From Candidatus Marinacidobacterales bacterium (GTDB lineage Bacteria; Acidobacteriota; Vicinamibacteria; Marinacidobacterales; DATDRI01), in assembly GCA_965219415.1 (NCBI GenBank), contig OZ244742.1:768001-832000 (forward strand): DNA of 64,000 nt. The letters are read 5' to 3'. Positions 60,578 to 64,000 of the stretch are shown here, one piece after another; the stretch's first letter is position 1, and the number at the start of each line of letters is the position of its first letter. Both the position numbers and the translations under genes were made by a program. The notes under the pieces were generated by a model. It did not search any database. It was given only the letters and a program-made list of their open reading frames with translations, and was not told where the DNA came from.

Positions 60578-61131
60578 ATGAGACGCCGAGCATTGTGTCT
60601 CGGGTTCATGTGTCTTTCTGCGGGCATCCTCTGGGCGCCCCTCCTTGCTCGGCGGCCCCGGAGCTGCGTGTAGACGAGACCGCCACACGCCTGCGGTGGC
60701 TCGAGGATCGGACCGAAGTCTCCTTAGCAGTCCAGCACGAAGCGGACCGGGAGATGACGGCAGAGATCGCGCTCGAGCTCATCGACGAAGTAGGGGCGAT
60801 CCGTTCGCGGGGAAGTCGTAGCGTCACTTTCAGGCCCGGCGCCAATGTGTCGACTCTTTCCACGGAGCCGGCTTTGTCGACACTCGCTCCTGCCGATCAA
60901 GAAGGGCGCTCCACTACACGGTCGCCAACGTGGCGCCTGCGCTATCGAATTAGCTCCGAGGCGGACGCGCCACCGAACGAGGGCATCATCGCGGTCTCCG
61001 AGACCGCGAAGGGTTTTTACGAGCTTCGGATCGCCCACCCGAAGCGAGCGTCGTCGTGCCACCGGTCAGGTTCGTGGTTTGGGAAGCGGATCGCTCTCAG
61101 GCGGATCGCTCTCAGGATGATTGAGAAATAG
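60578..61131 (+). pseudogene. N-terminal fragment of a large exported protein (alpha-2-macroglobulin-like)
   Basis: Signal peptide MRRRALC.. (frameshifted), LRVDE.., WRLRYRI, GIIAVSE..YELRI; family call from recalled resemblance only. Confidence 0.4.
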
Positions 61132-61134
61132 CGA

Positions 61135-61992
61135 CTAAAGAGGAGGATCCTCTGGTGTCGCTGCGCGGCTTCCATTCCAAGCCGACGTCCCGCGGATGAC
61201 ACCCGTCTCGTCGATCAAGAAGCTCCGACCGCCGGTGTGACCGTAGTTGCGCGGTCGGGCGGTCACGGTGAACCGCGGTCCGAGTCCAGCGTCGTCTACC
61301 GAGCTCACGTACTCGAAAAGATGTCCTCGCTTTGATCCCTCCGCCAGCCCAGCGTCGATACAACCCGCACCCTCGGGCCCCAGCGAGAGTAGCGTCGGTG
61401 GGTAACCGATGGCGGGGTGGTCGGTGCGGTAAGTCTCGGCACACTGGCCGATCTCCCGAATCGCGGCCAGGGCGATAGAATCCGCGGCGGCGATGGGGCT
61501 GTGGGTGACCGAAATGGCTGTCAGGGCGAGACCACTCAAGAAGCAGAGCGTGGCCGTCCCGACGCCTGCTGCGAGTGTTCTCCACCCGCTGCGCTCCCCG
61601 GCGAGCAGCCGATAACCCTTGATGGCAGCCACAGTCAGGGGGATTTGTAGAAGCGGAAGCAGCGCTGGGATCGCCAGAACTCTACGCGGGACGTCTTCGA
61701 CGGCGTTGATCAACGCGGCCGCCGGAACCAGGCTCAGAACGCCGCTGAAAAATACCAGGGGTCCAACGCCCAGGGCGAGGGCGAAGCCCCCTCGCGGAGA
61801 TCCGCTGCGCATGCGCCAGAAAATGAAGAGATAGGCAAGCACAAATGGAAGCCATGCCACGAAACTCTCAACGATGAGGTGCCTTGCGATAGGAGGCGTG
61901 TCGGACAGTACGGCCAGTGGGGAGAAGACCCACAGAAGGGAGAGCGTTGCCAGGATGCGGGTGACACGTGCACAGCTCGAAACGGACGGCAT
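61135..61992 (-). CDS. Membrane protein with C-terminal pilin-like domain
   Basis: About 5 TMs then IREI..AETY..GYPPTL..LG, G.LFEY, FTVTARP..YG.TG.RSF.IDETGVIR. Confidence 0.75.
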   Translation of the reverse strand: MPSVSSCARVTRILATLSLLWVFSPLAVLSDTPPIARHLIVESFVAWLPFVLAYLFIFWRMRSGSPRGGFALALGVGPLVFFSGVLSLVPAAALINAVEDVPRRVLAIPALLPLLQIPLTVAAIKGYRLLAGERSGWRTLAAGVGTATLCFLSGLALTAISVTHSPIAAADSIALAAIREIGQCAETYRTDHPAIGYPPTLLSLGPEGAGCIDAGLAEGSKRGHLFEYVSSVDDAGLGPRFTVTARPRNYGHTGGRSFLIDETGVIRGTSAWNGSRAATPEDPPL

Positions 61993-62043
61993 AAGTTATG
62001 GGTCCTGTGGGTCAGTCATAGCAAGGGCAATGTTTACGCAGCC

Positions 62044-64000
62044 CTATTCTTGTGCGCCGGCCTTCCGGAGCAGCTCGGCGATCTCTGAGAAACCCCTCCC
62101 GGTGGCTTCCCCGAGGGGCGTTCGCCCGTCCCCGGCTTTTGCATTTACATCGGCATCGGACTTGTTGCTGCTCCCAGTAATTCTTTGCTCGACTTCCGCA
62201 GCCTCCGGGCAAGCCGTCCGTTATCCCGACTACATCGACCAACGGTACCGGCCGGCGTACGAAAGTGTCCTAACAAACCGTGAAGAAACCAAGTTCATCA
62301 ACTGCCAGAGACGAAACCTCCTGTTCAAGTCACCGCCGTGCTCGACTAGAGCCTGCAACACGGCGGCATGTCCGTACAAAGCGGCGATCAAGATGGGATT
62401 CGAAACGAATTCGTCGCCGTGATTCGGATCCGCACCTTTGTCGAGCAGGCGTCGAGCGAGATCGGCTCGGCCGATCTCGGCCGCCTCGGTGAGTGCCGAC
62501 GGCCGGCTCGGGTCGCTGATGTTGACGTCCGCGCCCGCCGCCAAGAGCATATCGACCAACTCCCACTGAGCCTCGCGGACTGCGAAAACAAGCGCCGTCT
62601 CTCCGTCCGTCGTCGCGTCGATCCGTGCCCCGGCCTCAAGCAAGCGAGGGAAGAGGTCCCAGTGACTTCTCTTCGCGGCACGGGCGAGAGACGAGCCCGC
62701 GCCAGCGTCCGCGCCCGCATTCAAGATCAGCTCAACGGTGGTCGCATCGCCAGAATATGCCGCTTGGTCGAGCGCGGTGAGCCCCTCTGGGGAGACGAGT
62801 CGAGGATCTGCGCCTGCTTCCAGCAGCCGACGAGCGTTGGCGACGCTTCCTTGGGAACAGGCGACCATGAGCGGCGTGCCCTTCCCCTCGGCCATCACGC
62901 CCACGTCGGCCCCGGCCTCGAGCAGATGGATCACGAGCTCCTCGTCGCTTCTTTGGGTCGCGAGGAGGAGGGCAGTCTTCGCGCTATCGTCTCGAGCGTT
63001 GATCAACGCTCCGCTATCCAAAAGGCGGTCGACGAGCTCTACATCAGACTGCACAACAGCCGCCATGAGCGCCGTCCAGCCCTGCCGACCCGTGAGGTTC
63101 GGATCGGCGCCGACCTCGAGCACCTCGATGCTGCGGTTCAAATCGGCCGCGGTCGTGACCGTGTCGTTGTCGAACTTGGATTCGGGGTCGGAAGAAGCGC
63201 CATGCTGCCAGAAGAGGTCAAGCGCGGCCAAGTGTCCGAGGTGGGCGGCACGCTACCACACCCACGGGGTCACCGGTGCGCCGGCCTCGAGCATGAAACG
63301 GAGCAGGTCCAAAGCGCCGGGATCGAACGCTGCCATGAACAGCTTTTGACTCCAAGCAGTTAACTCATCCAAACGCGCTCCGGCATCGACAAGAAGTTGT
63401 GACAATTCCAGGTCCGAATTCGCGAGCGCCGCGACGAGCGCATCGGCTCCGGCGGTTCCTTCGACTTCGTTGGCCGGGAGAACTTCTATGAGCGCGCGAA
63501 CGACGTCTTCGTTACCTTGACCCGCCGCAACCGATAGGAGTGACGGCTCCGCCATAGCGCCCGCGTCGAGGAGTCGCTTTGCGATCTCGCCATGTCCTCG
63601 ACTCACCGCCTCCTGTAGCGCGGTGCGTCCTCCCCGATAGGCATTGACATTCGCGCCGGCCTGGATGAGGACCTCGAGAAATTCGGCGTCCCCGCGGCGT
63701 GCCGCTTCTATCATGGGGGTTGTTTGGTAGCTGAGGTCGCGGCCCCCGACGTCTTTCCCGGCGAGCAGAGCGCGGAGCCGATCGGAGTCGCCCCTTTGGA
63801 CTGCGCTCGTAATCGCCTCTTCGAGCTCTTCCCAGCTACGGTTGAACCAGATGGGCTCACCCAGCGAAGCCAGGTCGTTTCCGGGGCCGAAGCGCGGTTG
63901 TTGACAGATCGTAACGGTATAAGGGGCTTCGCCGTAACCGAAGATCGAGTACTGCTTTCCCGTTTTCAGCTTGATGCCGCAAGAGATGATGGACGGTGTC
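62044..64000 (-). CDS. Ankyrin-repeat protein (5'-partial, several frameshifts)
   Basis: Many GADVN..G.TAL repeats across ORFs 63253..63714 and 62230..63231; last repeat ADVNAKAGDGRTPL..LLRKAGAQE* ends at 62044. Confidence 0.88.

Noticed and set aside
62368-63363. Long plus-strand ORF (also 5471..6424, 27190..28002, 50714..51538 and similar)
   Set aside because: Antisense shadows of well-supported genes in high-GC DNA
1-64000. CRISPR array, rRNA, or T-box/riboswitch upstream of thrS or thiL
   Set aside because: No regularly spaced direct repeats or rRNA-like sequence seen; thrS follows a tRNA and thiL follows 6S RNA with no recognisable aptamer

Overview
GC-rich bacterial chromosome segment, most consistent with Acidobacteriota (inferred from gene style, not proven). 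From left to right: (1) An ArgR-controlled arginine cluster, argR, a DUF1611/DgcN-like P-loop gene, argC, argB, with two pairs of tandem ARG boxes. (2) An accessory stretch with an IS3-disrupted Tat amine oxidase, a PGM1-like ATP-grasp ligase, an ISL3-disrupted YrhB/Imm35-like gene beside an attC-like site, ThiF, MarR-GNAT and TonB. (3) A sigma54-driven PEP-CTERM-like gene, a surface-glycan modification operon and two paralogous lipoproteins. (4) A core block: gatCA, thiL, 6S RNA, zapAB, rplT-rpmI-infC (ATC start), thrS, tRNA-Val(GAC). (5) An integrase-less phage-satellite-like replicon with XRE, IS256-split alpA, primase-helicase and a putative ori. (6) Further core genes: pilB/gspE, phoU-nptA, AmmeMemoRadiSam A/B, degP, suhB, arnT-like, rsbW, aroA-aroK, rne. 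(7) A hidden in-frame-TGA (CGU motif) UshA-like selenoprotein candidate. (8) A decayed right end with a pilW fragment, a truncated IS, an alpha-2-macroglobulin-like fragment, a pilin-like gene and an ankyrin gene. Many single-base frameshifts suggest long-read consensus errors, so some pseudogene calls may be artefacts. The top leads are a candidate non-orthologous N-acetylglutamate synthase, the selenoprotein, the satellite, and a dispersed covarying four-way-junction repeat family. All family assignments are from motif recognition by eye, with no database searches.
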